Positions 26,416-37,248 are shown, numbered from the stretch's first letter. The stretch is DNA of 64,000 nucleotides from an uncultured Gemmatimonadaceae bacterium (GCA_964467195.1 CAYXRS010000002.1:2276-66275); one strand, 5' to 3'. The notes: generated by a model from the letters alone, not told the origin. A program made the numbers and translations.

Positions 26416-28779
26416 ATGAGAGCGATCGATCGCAAGCTGGTGCGCGAGATCTGGCGCATGAAGGGCCAGATGTTCTCGATTGCGCTCGTCGTAGCCGCCG
26501 GCGTGATGACTGTCGTGACGTTGCGCGGTACGTACGAGTCGCTCGCTTCGTCGCTGGACCGATTCTATCGCGAGTACCGGTTCGCGGACGTGTTCGCCGA
26601 GCTGGAGCGCGCCCCGGAATCACTCACGCGTCGCATCCAGGGGATTCAGGGTGTTGGCAGCATACAGACACGTGTGAGGCAGATCGTCAATCTCGATGTT
26701 CCTGGGCTTGAAGAGTCTGCTGTGGGACTGATGCTGTCGATACCGCCGCGTCCCGAGCCGACGTTGAACGACATCCACATCGTGCGCGGCCGCTACATCG
26801 ATCCCGCGCGACCTGACGAGGTGCTGATCAGCGAGAGCTTCGCCAACGCCAACGAGCTGCGCCCCGGCGATGAGCTCAGCGCCGTGATCAACGGTCGGCG
26901 GCGCCGGCTGGAGATCGTCGGCATCGCCATCTCTCCCGACTACATCGGCGAGATAGCACCGGGCACGATATTCCCCGACGATCGTCGCTTTGGCATTCTG
27001 CGCATGAACCGCGATGCTCTCGCCGCCGCCGCCGGTCTGGAGGGCGCTTTCAACGAAGTGACGCTCACACTTTCGCCCGGTGCGAGTGAGAACGCGGTAA
27101 TCGACGATCTGGACCGCCTGCTGGAGCCGTATGGCGGACTGGGTGCCTATGGGCGCTCGATTCACCAATCGCACGAAGCGGTAGTGGGCGAGCTCGAGCA
27201 GAACCGTGTGACCGGTACGTTCATCCCGGCGATCTTTCTGGGCGTCGCGGCTTTTCTCCTCAACATCGTGCTGGGCCGGCTGGTGGGCACGCAACGCGAT
27301 CAGATCGCCGTGCTGAAGGCCTTCGGCTACACCAACTTCGACGTCGGGCGCCACTATCTTCGCTTCGCCATGGTCGCGGTCGTCGCCGGTGCGTTGGTCG
27401 GCACCGGCGTCGGAATCTGGTTCGGTGCCGGGCTGACGGACCTCTATGGCCAGTTCTTCCGATTTCCCGATCTCCGGTACGAGATAAGCTGGACGCTCGT
27501 CGCGATCGCCGCGGGCATCAGCGTGGCCGCGGCGGGGATGGGCGCGCTCGGAGCCGTACGCAAAGCGATCCGTCTCCCACCCGCCGAAGCAATGCGGCCG
27601 GAGGCACCGATCACCTTCCGACCGGGACCGCTCGAGCGGATCGGCCTGGGCAAATGGCTCCCGTCATCGGGTCGCATGATCATTCGCAACGTTGAACGAC
27701 AGCCGGCGCGAAGCCTCATGGCCGCGGTGGGAGTGGCGTTCTCGGTCGCCATACTCGTCGTCAGCATGTTCTTCTTCGATGCCGTGGAGCACATGATCGA
27801 TGTACAGTTCCGGCAGATCCAGCGTGAGGATCTGGCAGTATACTTCGCCGCCGCGCGCACTCAGCGCGTTCGCCACGATCTGGCGAACCTCCACGGAGTG
27901 ACTCACGTGGAGACGTTTCGCACGATTCCGGTGCGGTTCAGCAATGGACACGTGAACCGCTCGACCGCCATAACGGGCATGCAGCACGACGCATCGCTCC
28001 GCCGCCTCGTCGACCAGAATCTGGGGCCTCGCACGGTCCCGCCGCAGGGCGTCGTATTGAACTCCAAGCTCGCGGAGATCCTGGATGTCAGCGTGGGTGA
28101 TACCCTGTTCACGCAGGTGTTGGAGGGGCGCCGAGCCGAACGTTTCATTCCCGTAACGGGAACTGTGGAAGAGATGTTCGGCATCTCGGCATACATGGAC
28201 TACCAGGCGCTCCACGAGATGCTCCGCGAGCCTCCCACGGTATCGGGAGCGTACCTCGGCGTGGAACGGGCCAGCATACCGGCGCTGACGGAGCGGCTCA
28301 AGGAGCTACCGGCGGTGGTGAGCGTCTACTCTCCAGCCGTGCTGCTGGAGACGTTCGAGCAGCAGATGGCCGAGAACCTCCTGATCTCGGTTACCTTCCT
28401 CGTGGTCCTTGCCGGTATTCTGACCGTAGGTGTCATATACAACGGAGCCCGTATCGCCCTCTCGGAGCGAGGACGCGAACTTGCAAGTCTTCGTGTGCTC
28501 GGCTTCACGCGCCGCGAGGTCTCGGTTCTGCTGCTGGGCGAGCAGGCGACGATCACGCTGCTGGCAATTCCGCTTGGCTGGCTGATCGGGCTGGGGTTCG
28601 GGATACTCATCCTCTCCGTTTTCGACATGGAGAGATATCGGATCCCGCTGGTCATCACCGAACGCACGTATCTGTTCTCGGCGTCGGTGGCGATTGCATC
28701 GGCGATCTTTGCGGGGCTCGCCGTCCGGCGACGATTGAACCGGCTGAACATGATCGAAGTGCTCAAGACGCGGGAATAG
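26416..28779 (+). CDS. ABC transporter permease with two FtsX-type modules (MacB-like, 787 aa)
   Basis: Internal ATG 26416 ([30 protein letters not shown]). Large extracytoplasmic loops and duplicated 4-TM FtsX architecture. Confidence 0.8.
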   Translation: MRAIDRKLVREIWRMKGQMFSIALVVAAGVMTVVTLRGTYESLASSLDRFYREYRFADVFAELERAPESLTRRIQGIQGVGSIQTRVRQIVNLDVPGLEESAVGLMLSIPPRPEPTLNDIHIVRGRYIDPARPDEVLISESFANANELRPGDELSAVINGRRRRLEIVGIAISPDYIGEIAPGTIFPDDRRFGILRMNRDALAAAAGLEGAFNEVTLTLSPGASENAVIDDLDRLLEPYGGLGAYGRSIHQSHEAVVGELEQNRVTGTFIPAIFLGVAAFLLNIVLGRLVGTQRDQIAVLKAFGYTNFDVGRHYLRFAMVAVVAGALVGTGVGIWFGAGLTDLYGQFFRFPDLRYEISWTLVAIAAGISVAAAGMGALGAVRKAIRLPPAEAMRPEAPITFRPGPLERIGLGKWLPSSGRMIIRNVERQPARSLMAAVGVAFSVAILVVSMFFFDAVEHMIDVQFRQIQREDLAVYFAAARTQRVRHDLANLHGVTHVETFRTIPVRFSNGHVNRSTAITGMQHDASLRRLVDQNLGPRTVPPQGVVLNSKLAEILDVSVGDTLFTQVLEGRRAERFIPVTGTVEEMFGISAYMDYQALHEMLREPPTVSGAYLGVERASIPALTERLKELPAVVSVYSPAVLLETFEQQMAENLLISVTFLVVLAGILTVGVIYNGARIALSERGRELASLRVLGFTRREVSVLLLGEQATITLLAIPLGWLIGLGFGILILSVFDMERYRIPLVITERTYLFSASVAIASAIFAGLAVRRRLNRLNMIEVLKTRE

Positions 28780-28782
28780 CAG

Positions 28783-30105
28783 ATGAAAGAAATCACACGC
28801 ACGTCGGCAGCCGATCGGACGACCGAACGAAGGGAAGCACCGCCCAGACGCGGCAGGATCTCGCCACGCGGACGCGACGGTGACGACGTGAGTCCGCCTC
28901 CGACGGCGAAGGGCAAGCCGGCACCCGGGCTGTCACGGAAGCGCATGATCTGGATGGGAGCGGCAGCCGTCGCGGTGCTGCTGCTCGTGTGGGTGCTGCG
29001 CCCTTCGCCGGTGGATGTGGAAACGGCTCAGGTGGTAGGGGGTCCGCTGGAAACGGTCGTTGAGGCAGAAGGGATGACGCGTGTTCGCGACCGCTACGAT
29101 ATAGGCGCTCCTATCACCGGACGTCTGGAGCGAATCGTTCTGCGCGAGGGCGACATCGTGCAAGCAGGGGCCGTGCTCGCCCGCGTCACCCCCGCGCCGC
29201 TAGATCCGCAAGCGATAGCCCAGGCGCAGGCGCGCGTTGCCGCAGCGCAAGCGAGCGTACAGGAAGCGCAGGCCCGCGTCGCGCAGGCGAGTGAGGTGCT
29301 GGATCAGGCGGAGCGCACCGCGGCTCGGCTGCGCGAGATGGCTGCGGCCGGCGCCATCAGCGCTGAGGATGCCGAGCGTGCCGATCTGCAGGTCGTGACG
29401 TCACAACGCGAGCTGGAAGCAGGGCAATCGCGCGCACGCACGATGTCAGCTGAGCTCGCAGCCGCGCGCGCGGCGCTTCTCAATGTGGACCCGGCTCGGC
29501 AGACGGGACAGGCCGCGGCGGTGGTTCGCTCCCCTGCCGCGGGACGCGTGCTGCGCGTTCATGAACGCAGCGAGCGCGTCGTGCCCGCCGGTACACCGCT
29601 CGTTGACGTGGGCGATGCCATGGGACTGGAGGTAGTCGTCGACGTACTCTCCACGGACGCGGTGCAGATCGAGGCGGGCGCGCCGATGCGAATCGTGGAG
29701 TGGGGAGGGCCTGAGGCGCTGGCAGCGAGCGTGCGACTGGTGGAGCCCGCCGGGTTCACAAGGATTTCCGCGCTCGGCGTGGAGGAACAGCGGGTGAACG
29801 TGATCGGCGATCTGCCGGAGCCGCCACCAAGCCTTGGCGATGGCTACCGGGTGGAGGTTCAGATCATCACCTGGCAAGCCGACGACGTGACCAAGGTACC
29901 GAACAGCGCACTGTTCCGCGCCGGGGCGGAGTGGACTGTGTTCGTGGTGGAGGGAGGGGCGGCTCGCCTGCGAAATGTGGCTGTGGGCCGCCGCGGCGGG
30001 CGCGAGGCACAGGTTGTCAGCGGGCTCACGGAAGGTGACGTGGTAGTGCTCTACCCATCCGATGATCTCCGCGACGGCATGAGGGTGCGTGCGACGCGGC
30101 AGTAA
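28783..30105 (+). CDS. HlyD/MFP-family periplasmic adaptor subunit
   Basis: TM anchor MIWMGAAAVAVLLLVWVL. Lipoyl-like hairpin flanking a long Ala/Gln coiled coil (AQAQARVAAAQASVQEAQARVAQA), then a beta-barrel C-domain. Confidence 0.8.
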   Translation: MKEITRTSAADRTTERREAPPRRGRISPRGRDGDDVSPPPTAKGKPAPGLSRKRMIWMGAAAVAVLLLVWVLRPSPVDVETAQVVGGPLETVVEAEGMTRVRDRYDIGAPITGRLERIVLREGDIVQAGAVLARVTPAPLDPQAIAQAQARVAAAQASVQEAQARVAQASEVLDQAERTAARLREMAAAGAISAEDAERADLQVVTSQRELEAGQSRARTMSAELAAARAALLNVDPARQTGQAAAVVRSPAAGRVLRVHERSERVVPAGTPLVDVGDAMGLEVVVDVLSTDAVQIEAGAPMRIVEWGGPEALAASVRLVEPAGFTRISALGVEEQRVNVIGDLPEPPPSLGDGYRVEVQIITWQADDVTKVPNSALFRAGAEWTVFVVEGGAARLRNVAVGRRGGREAQVVSGLTEGDVVVLYPSDDLRDGMRVRATRQ

Positions 30106-30424
30106 TCTGAGATCTAGCGCCGCTCGCTGCCCTCACCACTGTCCTGCTCCTCGGCCAGCTCGTCTGCCGCCTCCTTCAACCTCAGCATCACCCTCCGAAA
30201 TCGTCCACCGAGCCTGTGGGCACCCATTGCGGTGCGACAGGCTTGAGTGCCGCCGAGAAGTCGGGAACGTCGGAGAAAGTGTCGTCCTCCAGCAAACCCG
30301 ATACAACGGTGAAAACGATCAGCACGCCGCCCAGAATCAATCCGGCGCGCCACCTGTGCCACCGCGAGAGCGCCGAGGCAAAGGCAAGGTGCGCGGCAAG
30401 CAGCGCGGCTGCGGGGTTCCTGGA

Positions 30425-30497
<73 letters not shown>

Positions 30498-30694
30498 CGA
30501 TCTGCTATGGCCTTCAAAAATAGCAGGTTATCGCGAGGCCTTCAAGCTTCTCCCTACCCTCTTCGACGAGCACGGCCAACCGGCGGCCTGTGATTCCGGC
30601 TCGCTGCTCCGGAAATCCGAGCACGACTCCTGCAGCCGCAAAGTCGCGTTCCGCCTCGACAATTGCCGTCCGTCACCCATAAAGGAGAGGAATA

Positions 30695-31198
30695 ATGATA
30701 TCTCTTCGTCTCGGTGCCCTCGTCATCATCATAGGCCTCCTGATGTCCGCCTGCGCTCCGCGCCAGGACGAGCCGACTACGGACGAGGTCCAGACCGGCG
30801 ATGTGATGGCTGCCGCGCCCACATGGACGGCCAATCTGTCTGCGACAGATCTGGCCGGCCCTGCCGCCCGGGAGGACGTCGCAAATATTGACGGAAGCGC
30901 GCGTATGGAGATGGGTGAAACCCCAGCCCAGAGCCGGGTTGAAGTCCACATCACCGGACTCCAAGCGGGCACGTATCCGTGGCATGTGCACTCGGGGACA
31001 TGTCAGACCGGAGGCCCGATCGTCGGCTCGGCCACGGCGTACCCGCCGCTCACCGTGGGCGCTGACGGCGCGGCTCACGTTGAAGCGGGCATCCCGGTCG
31101 AAACACCGACGTCGGGGGACTACCATGTGAACGTGCACCGCTCGCCGGAAGATCTTGCAACTATCGTCGCCTGCGGCGATCTGAGCGCCTCGCGATAG
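30695..31198 (+). CDS. lipoprotein of unknown function (possible Cu,Zn-SOD-like beta-sandwich)
   Basis: Lipobox LLMSAC, RBS AAGGAGAGG. The His-rich motifs YPWHVHSGTC and GDYHVNVH suggest a metal site. The family call is weak. Confidence 0.5.
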   Translation: MISLRLGALVIIIGLLMSACAPRQDEPTTDEVQTGDVMAAAPTWTANLSATDLAGPAAREDVANIDGSARMEMGETPAQSRVEVHITGLQAGTYPWHVHSGTCQTGGPIVGSATAYPPLTVGADGAAHVEAGIPVETPTSGDYHVNVHRSPEDLATIVACGDLSASR

Positions 31199-31216
31199 AC
31201 GGCATCCCGGAGAAAA

Positions 31217-31270
31217 GCGCCGGCCGCCTGCCACCATGCCGTGGGCGGCCGGGGCCTTTCGTTTTTCGGC
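31217..31270. terminator. bidirectional intrinsic terminator between convergent lipoprotein and AraC genes
   Basis: Stem GCGCCGGCCGCC / GGCGGCCGGGGC (one mismatch). It is followed by CTTTCGTTTTTCGG on the + strand and preceded by AGAAAAG, which is a T-run on the - strand. Confidence 0.55.
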
Positions 31271-31325
31271 TGGCATCCTTCCACTGGCGCGCCGCGCTTT
31301 GTCGAAATTGCGGCGGCGCATCCGC

Positions 31326-32138
31326 CTAGGGCGCCCGCCCTGCCCGGTACTCCGCCGGTGTCACTCCCAGGTGCCGCCGGAAGGTGTTGGTGAAGTGGCT
31401 CTGATCATAGAACCCCGCACTGAGCGCCACGTCGGTGAGCGGCGCCGAGCTCTCGACCAGGGCGCGCGCCGCATGGTCGACTCGCAGCTTGCGAATGCGG
31501 TCGCCCACCGTGCAGCCGAACGTCCTGCGATAGGCCCGCGCCAGCGTTGCAGGGTGCACTCCCACCGTTTGCGCAATCTCGGCGAGCGAGAAGCGGCCAG
31601 CGTAGACCTCGTGGACAATCTCATCGGCCTCGGCCAGCCACCCCGACGGCTTCCTGCTGCGGCGCATGGTGGGCTCGCGCGAGATCTCCGCCAGCAGCTC
31701 CAGGGCCAATCCCTCCGCGGCGATTCGGCCCGTGTCGTCATCAGTGCGAAGCTCCCACACGAGGCGCAGTGCTAACGCGCCCGCTGCGCCGCCGCGCGCC
31801 TGCCGCCGCTCGTCGAGCGCGCGAAAGATCGACGGAGTCTCGGTGAAACGGTTACGATCCACATCTATGCGAAGTCCGCGAGTCTCCGCCTGGCTGAACT
31901 GGTTCCAGTGCATCTCGCCCGCCGGCGTGACCTTCAGCGTTTCCGAATCGCAGTCCGCGGCGGCACCACGCCAGTACTCCGTAAACCGGCCCCGAAGCAC
32001 GTAACATATGGTGGGATCATCGTGCGTGTGCCGTGGCAGCATCGACCCGGCTTCGTGCACGCCGAGCCGCAGAACGAACCCGGGGATGTACAGAGTACGG
32101 GGTTCCAGCAGTTCGCTCGCTCGCCTGCTCAGCTCCAT
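31326..32138 (-). CDS. AraC-family transcriptional regulator with N-terminal cupin domain
   Basis: C-terminal double HTH ...SLAEIAQTVGVHPATLARAYRRTFG...FYDQSHFTNTFRRHLGVTPAEYR. Confidence 0.85.
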   Translation of the reverse strand: MELSRRASELLEPRTLYIPGFVLRLGVHEAGSMLPRHTHDDPTICYVLRGRFTEYWRGAAADCDSETLKVTPAGEMHWNQFSQAETRGLRIDVDRNRFTETPSIFRALDERRQARGGAAGALALRLVWELRTDDDTGRIAAEGLALELLAEISREPTMRRSRKPSGWLAEADEIVHEVYAGRFSLAEIAQTVGVHPATLARAYRRTFGCTVGDRIRKLRVDHAARALVESSAPLTDVALSAGFYDQSHFTNTFRRHLGVTPAEYRAGRAP

Positions 32139-32403
32139 CCAAGTGCTCCCTGTTGGGTTGCTGGCTCAACGCCAAGGTCAACCGCGTCCAATTGCGCCGA
32201 AGCCCATCCAAGACCGCCCCGTGCACCCTCTCTAGCCTACTGGAGGAAACGCTTGCATCGCAAGCCGTGGGCGAATGGCGGCGCGGTGGAGCAGGGCGGA
32301 GCCTTGCCCGGCGCATTCCTGGTAATTCAATCGCCCCTTTCTTGCTTATCCCAGTAGTAGCCGGAGGTTCCGTAAAGCTGCACGTACGAGGCCAGGAGGC
32401 TAT

Positions 32404-32766
32404 ATGAGATTGAGTCGTCTGATACCAGTCGTAGCGATCGTTGCCGCCTGCGGTGGTGGAGGCAACGGCGGGGGCGTCACACCGCCGCCCAATCAGCCGC
32501 AGCCACCGTCGATGACCGCAACGGTGACCATGGGGGCCGCGTCCTTCAGTCCGAGTGTCACGCCGTTGCTGGTTGGCGGAACGGTGACGTGGAACAACAA
32601 CTCTGGTGTTCTGCACAACGTTACGTTTGCGAGCGCGGCAGGAGCGCCGGCCAACATTCCGGCCCACGAGGCGGGGAGCAACCAGCGTACGTTCAACACG
32701 ATTGGGCCCTTTCATTACGAGTGCACTCTTCACCCGGGCATGGCCGGGCGGATCGAAGTGCAATGA
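32404..32766 (+). CDS. cupredoxin (type-1 blue copper) lipoprotein
   Basis: Lipobox VAACGGG. Ligand set H (VLHNVTF) and C-x2-H-x2-M (YECTLHPGM). Confidence 0.8.
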   Translation: MRLSRLIPVVAIVAACGGGGNGGGVTPPPNQPQPPSMTATVTMGAASFSPSVTPLLVGGTVTWNNNSGVLHNVTFASAAGAPANIPAHEAGSNQRTFNTIGPFHYECTLHPGMAGRIEVQ

Positions 32767-33839
32767 GGTCTGTCGCGGGAGCCGGGCGAGGGACGCTGCT
32801 TTTGGTCCTGCTCGCCCTGGCCTCCAGCGCCACTGCGCAATCGGTGCTCGATCGCTCGCCCAACCTGCGCGGGCCCTGGACGCTCGACCGCTGGCAAACC
32901 GCTTTCGTGCTCAACCACCGCTTCGAGTTTCTCGAGGGCGGCGATCAGCTATTCAATGTGCCCACGCTGACGCTCGGGATCTCGCTCCCGGCGGGGTTGG
33001 CGCTTGGTCTGGACTTCACCTCCAACAGCGAAGTGGTTCTCGACCGCCTTGGGGAGAATGAGACGCAATACTGGCTGGGCGGCGGCATTGGCCGAGACCG
33101 CCGCCAGGGGCTGGAGGCGCTCGTGGCGTACAATAGCGCCGCGCGGAGCATGGACGGGTCGCTCACCGGGCGCGCGCGTTTGGGCCCGGTATCTCTGTTG
33201 AGCGAGCTGCGCGGCTTCACGGACGTGCTCGGAACGGGCGAGTCGGGGAGCGCTATAGCCGGAGGCGCCGTTCTCCACTTGACCCCCAACCTGGAACTCT
33301 CCGGCGACATCGCGCAGATGCTCCAACCGGATACACTTTCCACGGTGTGGAGCGCCGGCGTGGGAGTAATGATTCCGGGAACACCGCACACCTTTTCCAT
33401 TCATGCAACCAACTCCGGAGCCGTCACGCTTCAGAGTGCGTCGCGACCAAAGGCGTTTGGACCCAAGCCCGTTCGCTATGGCTTTGCCTTCACCGTGCCC
33501 CTGGGTTCGCGGGCGCAGTGGGCGCGCATCTTTCGCCGGGCTCCGCCACCCATCATGGCCGTGACGCCGAGTGATACGGCGGCGGCGCAGCTCGTGGACA
33601 TGCGCGCGGTGGCGTTCGTGCCTGCGGAGGTGCGGATCCGGGCAGGCGAGGCGGTGGCGTGGATCAACTCCGACCCGGTGGAGCACACCGTCACCAGCGA
33701 CGACGGTAGTTGGGGGAGCAGGCTGCTACGCGAAGGCGAGCGCTACGTGCGGGTCTTCCCGCAGCCCGGGCGTTACACGTATCATTGCGTGCCGCATCCG
33801 CAGATGACGGGAGTGGTGATTGTGGAGGCCGCCCCGTAA
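32763..33839 (+). CDS. secreted fusion protein: DUF5777-like beta-barrel N-domain plus C-terminal cupredoxin domain
   Basis: ATGA overlap with the previous gene. Signal peptide MRSVAGAGRGTLLLVLLALASSATAQ. N-domain with a NHRF motif and beta pattern. C-domain ligands EHTVT and YHCVPHPQM. Confidence 0.65.
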   Translation: MRSVAGAGRGTLLLVLLALASSATAQSVLDRSPNLRGPWTLDRWQTAFVLNHRFEFLEGGDQLFNVPTLTLGISLPAGLALGLDFTSNSEVVLDRLGENETQYWLGGGIGRDRRQGLEALVAYNSAARSMDGSLTGRARLGPVSLLSELRGFTDVLGTGESGSAIAGGAVLHLTPNLELSGDIAQMLQPDTLSTVWSAGVGVMIPGTPHTFSIHATNSGAVTLQSASRPKAFGPKPVRYGFAFTVPLGSRAQWARIFRRAPPPIMAVTPSDTAAAQLVDMRAVAFVPAEVRIRAGEAVAWINSDPVEHTVTSDDGSWGSRLLREGERYVRVFPQPGRYTYHCVPHPQMTGVVIVEAAP

Positions 33840-33895
33840 GGAGCGAGACGTTGGGCCAGAGTACTGGTGAGGTACGGTCCAGTGCCTCCACACAA

Positions 33896-33931
33896 AGCAA
33901 ACAGCCCTCCGCCGAGCGGGGGGCTGTTGCT
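33896..33931. terminator. hairpin terminator between convergent genes (T-run on the minus-strand side)
   Basis: AGCAAACAGCCCTCCGC / GCGGGGGGCTGTTGCT imperfect stem. On the minus strand it is followed by TTTGCTTTGTGTG, downstream of the TonB-dependent receptor stop. Confidence 0.5.
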
Positions 33932-33951
33932 TCGTGCGATTCGAAGCCGAA

Positions 33952-36900
33952 TCAGTTGAAGTTGTAGCGCACTCCGAACTGAATCCGCCATACATCCTCG
34001 CTGTCGGTGGTCCGCTCGAACGAGTGGGTCATCAGCTGTCCGCCGACACTCCGCAGGCGGTACTGGGCCCTTCCATCAACGTCAACCGGTCCGCCCTGCA
34101 CTGCCGTCGGCACGATCAGAGGCGAGTTGCTGACGAGCCGCTTGCCACGCCCCCACTTCGGGTTGAGCAGATTCGGGAAGTTCAGCACGTTCGCGGTGAG
34201 CGACAGCGAATTGCGCGCATTGAAGAACTGCGAGAAGACCTCCTGGACGACGCTCATGTCCGCCCGGTACACCATCGGTAGCCGCACGGCGTTGCGTTCG
34301 GCAAAGCGACCCCGGTTCGCCCGCAGATACGGATCCTGCTGGATGTACGCCTCCCACGCTGCCGCCTGCTGCGCGGCGGTGAACGTGGTTCCACCAGCCG
34401 TATACTCCTGGAAGTTCATCTCCGAGATGTCGCGGTGGATGTAGATCAGGTCGTTGCCCGTTCCACCATCGCCGTTCAGGTCACCCGAGAATATGTACGA
34501 GGCGTAGTTGATCGTACGCGCCTCGGCGAACACGGACACCGTGGTCGCGCCGAAGCCGAAGTACTCCCGGCGGAGGGAGCCGGCCGCCAGGAACCGATGT
34601 CCCGGACTGGACGCGGAGAACGCCAGGCCGGGGTTGTTGGGATCGCGTGATATGGCGTTGCCTGTCCAGGAGCCCGATGCGATCGAGCCCGGATTCACGG
34701 TGTTCTTCACCTCGCCATAGCTGTAAGCGAGCTTGGCGAAGATGCCGTGCCGGAACGGCCTCTCCACCGACGCGGCGAAGTTCCAGGAGTAGCCGTCGTT
34801 CTGGTTCTTGAGAACGATGGCGTTGGGCACGTTGCCATTGATCCTGTTGCTTGTCCAGCGGGGGCGATCATCTGCGCCCTCGAAGGACGTCTGCGCTTCG
34901 GGGAGGTTGGCATTAATGTAATAGATGCCGTTGACGTCACGTCCATAGAGGAACTCGGCGGTGCCAATCAGTCCCAATGGCAGCCGCTGGTCCACGGCGA
35001 GGTTGGTCCGCCACAGCTGCGGAAACTTGAAGTCAGGGTCGGTGAAGGCCAAGGCGTAACTCGACGCCGGGTCACCGCTCACACTGGTCGGCTTGTAGTG
35101 ATTGTGGTCGGGATTGAAGGGCCGGTACGTAAGCGGGTTCGCGTCGGAGTCATCCCGCTGCTCGAACCCGGTGAGCACCCCGTTCTCGCCTATCTGGTTC
35201 GAGATCCAGACGTACGCGGGCTTGCCGGTGAATATGCCAGTTCCACCTCGCACCTGGGTGCTACGGTTGCCTGTGGCGTCCCAGTTGAAGCCGACCCGTG
35301 GGGAGAACAGGATGTTCGAGTTCGGAAGCTTCGAGGTGGAGTAACGGACCGTGTTGCCGTCTTCGTCACGGAACGTCATGCCATCCACTTCGGTGTTGGT
35401 GAAGCCCGTGTTCCCGAAGAATGGCGCGTCCAGCCGAAGTCCGAAGGTGACCTTCAGAGCCGGATTCACCTGCCACTCATCCTGGCCGTAGATGCCCGCG
35501 TAGGTCACCTCGAGAGGCTGGATCGGCTTGTCCTGCCCCGGAATGTTCGACCAACGCACCTGGAAGCGACGCAGCCGGATCGGCGACTCCGTCCGGTTCG
35601 GGTTCATCAGGTGGTCGTTGACGTCCGTATAAAAGTCGTCGAGCGAGTTGAACACATAGACGCTCTGCGAGCCGGGGAAGAAGACGTTCTCCGACTCGTA
35701 CCGTTCCGCGCTCACGCCAACCGTCAGCGAGTGCGACACGCCGAGCGGCATCGTGAAGTTGTTCTGAAGCTGGAAGCTGTTGTAGCGAAGCTCGTTGTTC
35801 GGCGTGAACGGCTCGAAGCCGAACGACGTGTACACCGAGCCGCCCTCCAGGACGTCCACGAACGGGAACATCGTACCCCGCGACTTGCGGCTCTCGTCAT
35901 GGCTGGAGTAGCCGATGATCAGATTGTTGTGCATGCCCCCGCCGACCACGGAGTTCCACTCGCCCACTACTGACCTGATGTTCTCCAGAATGATGTAGTT
36001 CGAGTTCTGGAAGTTCAGTCCCGTCGTCGAGGTTCTCCGGTTGCCGAAGCCCAGCGACGTGGAGTTCGAAAGCAGGACGTCGGTTTCCGAATCGAGGAAC
36101 GTGTAGCGCAGGTTGAACTTGTTGCGATCGTTCAGATTGAAATCCAGCCGTCCAGTGAACCGCGTCGCCGGCGTACCATGGTCATAACCCTCGTAGCCGC
36201 CGGCTTCGTAGCCAAAGTTCGATTGCAGGAAGCTGCCGAGCTGGTTCAGGTCGGAGGATAGAACTCTGGTAGTGTTACCTCCAACCTCCAGCCCCCCGGG
36301 GTTCGCCCTGAACGTCGTTCCCGGTTGGGTGAGCTCCTCCCCTTCGTAGCTGGCGAAGAAAAACAGCCGGTTCTGAATGATCGGACCGCCCAGATTGGCC
36401 CCGATCATGTTGTACTTGAACTCGCCAGGGTCGAAGCTGTGTCGCCTCGTCCCTTCTCCGTGCAGCGCCTGGTCGCGGAACGCGTAGTAGAGGGAGCCAA
36501 AGAACTGATTTGTACCGCTCCGGGTAACGGTGTTCACGCCTGCTCCCACGAAGTTCCCCTGGCGAACGTCGTACGGCGCGATGTTGATCTGGATCTGCTC
36601 GATCGCCGCCAGCGAGATCGGCGCCACGCGCGTCGTCTCACCCGGCGTACTTCTCAGGCCGAACGAGTTGTTGAAGTAGGCGCCGTCGACCGTGATGTTG
36701 TTCATCCGGTTGTCCTGCCCGGCGAACGACATGTCGCGCCCTGCCTGCGGACTCAAACGGGCTACATCCTCCAGTCGACCGGAGATGGTGGGCAGGCTGG
36801 CCAGCGCCTCCCTGCGCAGGGAAGTCGCGGCACCTGTCCGGTCCGAGCTCAGGATAGCGCTCTCGGCGGCACCGGTGACGGTCACTCCCTCCAGCTGCAC

Positions 36901-37248
36901 GGCCGTCGGACGCATCACGATAGCGACGTCCGTGGCCACGCCCAGGGTGAGGAATATCTCCTCATGGACCTGCCGCTCGTAGCCGAGGCGGGTGGCGGTG
37001 ACGCGATACGGCCCGCCCACCCTCATGCCTGGCAGGAACAGGCGGCCGTCCGCCCGGGATCGGCCGGAGTAGCTCGTGCCTGATGGTTCGTGTAGCGCAA
37101 CCACGGTCACGTCGGCGATCGGCCTGCCGTCCAGATCGCTCACGTTGCCGGTAATTGCCGCGGTGGTGACACCCTGCGCGAACACCGACGTGGTTGCGGC
37201 CATCACGATTGCCGTGAGTGCCATTGCTGAGATGACAAACCTCTTCAT
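33952..37248 (-). CDS. TonB-dependent receptor with N-terminal carboxypeptidase-regulatory-like domain
   Basis: Internal ATG 37248 (MKRFVISAMALTAIVMAATTSVFAQG). The CarboxypepD_reg-like segment ITGNVSDLDGRPIADVTVVA...YRVTATRLGYE is followed by plug and barrel. About 1098 aa. Confidence 0.85.
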   Translation of the reverse strand: MKRFVISAMALTAIVMAATTSVFAQGVTTAAITGNVSDLDGRPIADVTVVALHEPSGTSYSGRSRADGRLFLPGMRVGGPYRVTATRLGYERQVHEEIFLTLGVATDVAIVMRPTAVQLEGVTVTGAAESAILSSDRTGAATSLRREALASLPTISGRLEDVARLSPQAGRDMSFAGQDNRMNNITVDGAYFNNSFGLRSTPGETTRVAPISLAAIEQIQINIAPYDVRQGNFVGAGVNTVTRSGTNQFFGSLYYAFRDQALHGEGTRRHSFDPGEFKYNMIGANLGGPIIQNRLFFFASYEGEELTQPGTTFRANPGGLEVGGNTTRVLSSDLNQLGSFLQSNFGYEAGGYEGYDHGTPATRFTGRLDFNLNDRNKFNLRYTFLDSETDVLLSNSTSLGFGNRRTSTTGLNFQNSNYIILENIRSVVGEWNSVVGGGMHNNLIIGYSSHDESRKSRGTMFPFVDVLEGGSVYTSFGFEPFTPNNELRYNSFQLQNNFTMPLGVSHSLTVGVSAERYESENVFFPGSQSVYVFNSLDDFYTDVNDHLMNPNRTESPIRLRRFQVRWSNIPGQDKPIQPLEVTYAGIYGQDEWQVNPALKVTFGLRLDAPFFGNTGFTNTEVDGMTFRDEDGNTVRYSTSKLPNSNILFSPRVGFNWDATGNRSTQVRGGTGIFTGKPAYVWISNQIGENGVLTGFEQRDDSDANPLTYRPFNPDHNHYKPTSVSGDPASSYALAFTDPDFKFPQLWRTNLAVDQRLPLGLIGTAEFLYGRDVNGIYYINANLPEAQTSFEGADDRPRWTSNRINGNVPNAIVLKNQNDGYSWNFAASVERPFRHGIFAKLAYSYGEVKNTVNPGSIASGSWTGNAISRDPNNPGLAFSASSPGHRFLAAGSLRREYFGFGATTVSVFAEARTINYASYIFSGDLNGDGGTGNDLIYIHRDISEMNFQEYTAGGTTFTAAQQAAAWEAYIQQDPYLRANRGRFAERNAVRLPMVYRADMSVVQEVFSQFFNARNSLSLTANVLNFPNLLNPKWGRGKRLVSNSPLIVPTAVQGGPVDVDGRAQYRLRSVGGQLMTHSFERTTDSEDVWRIQFGVRYNFN

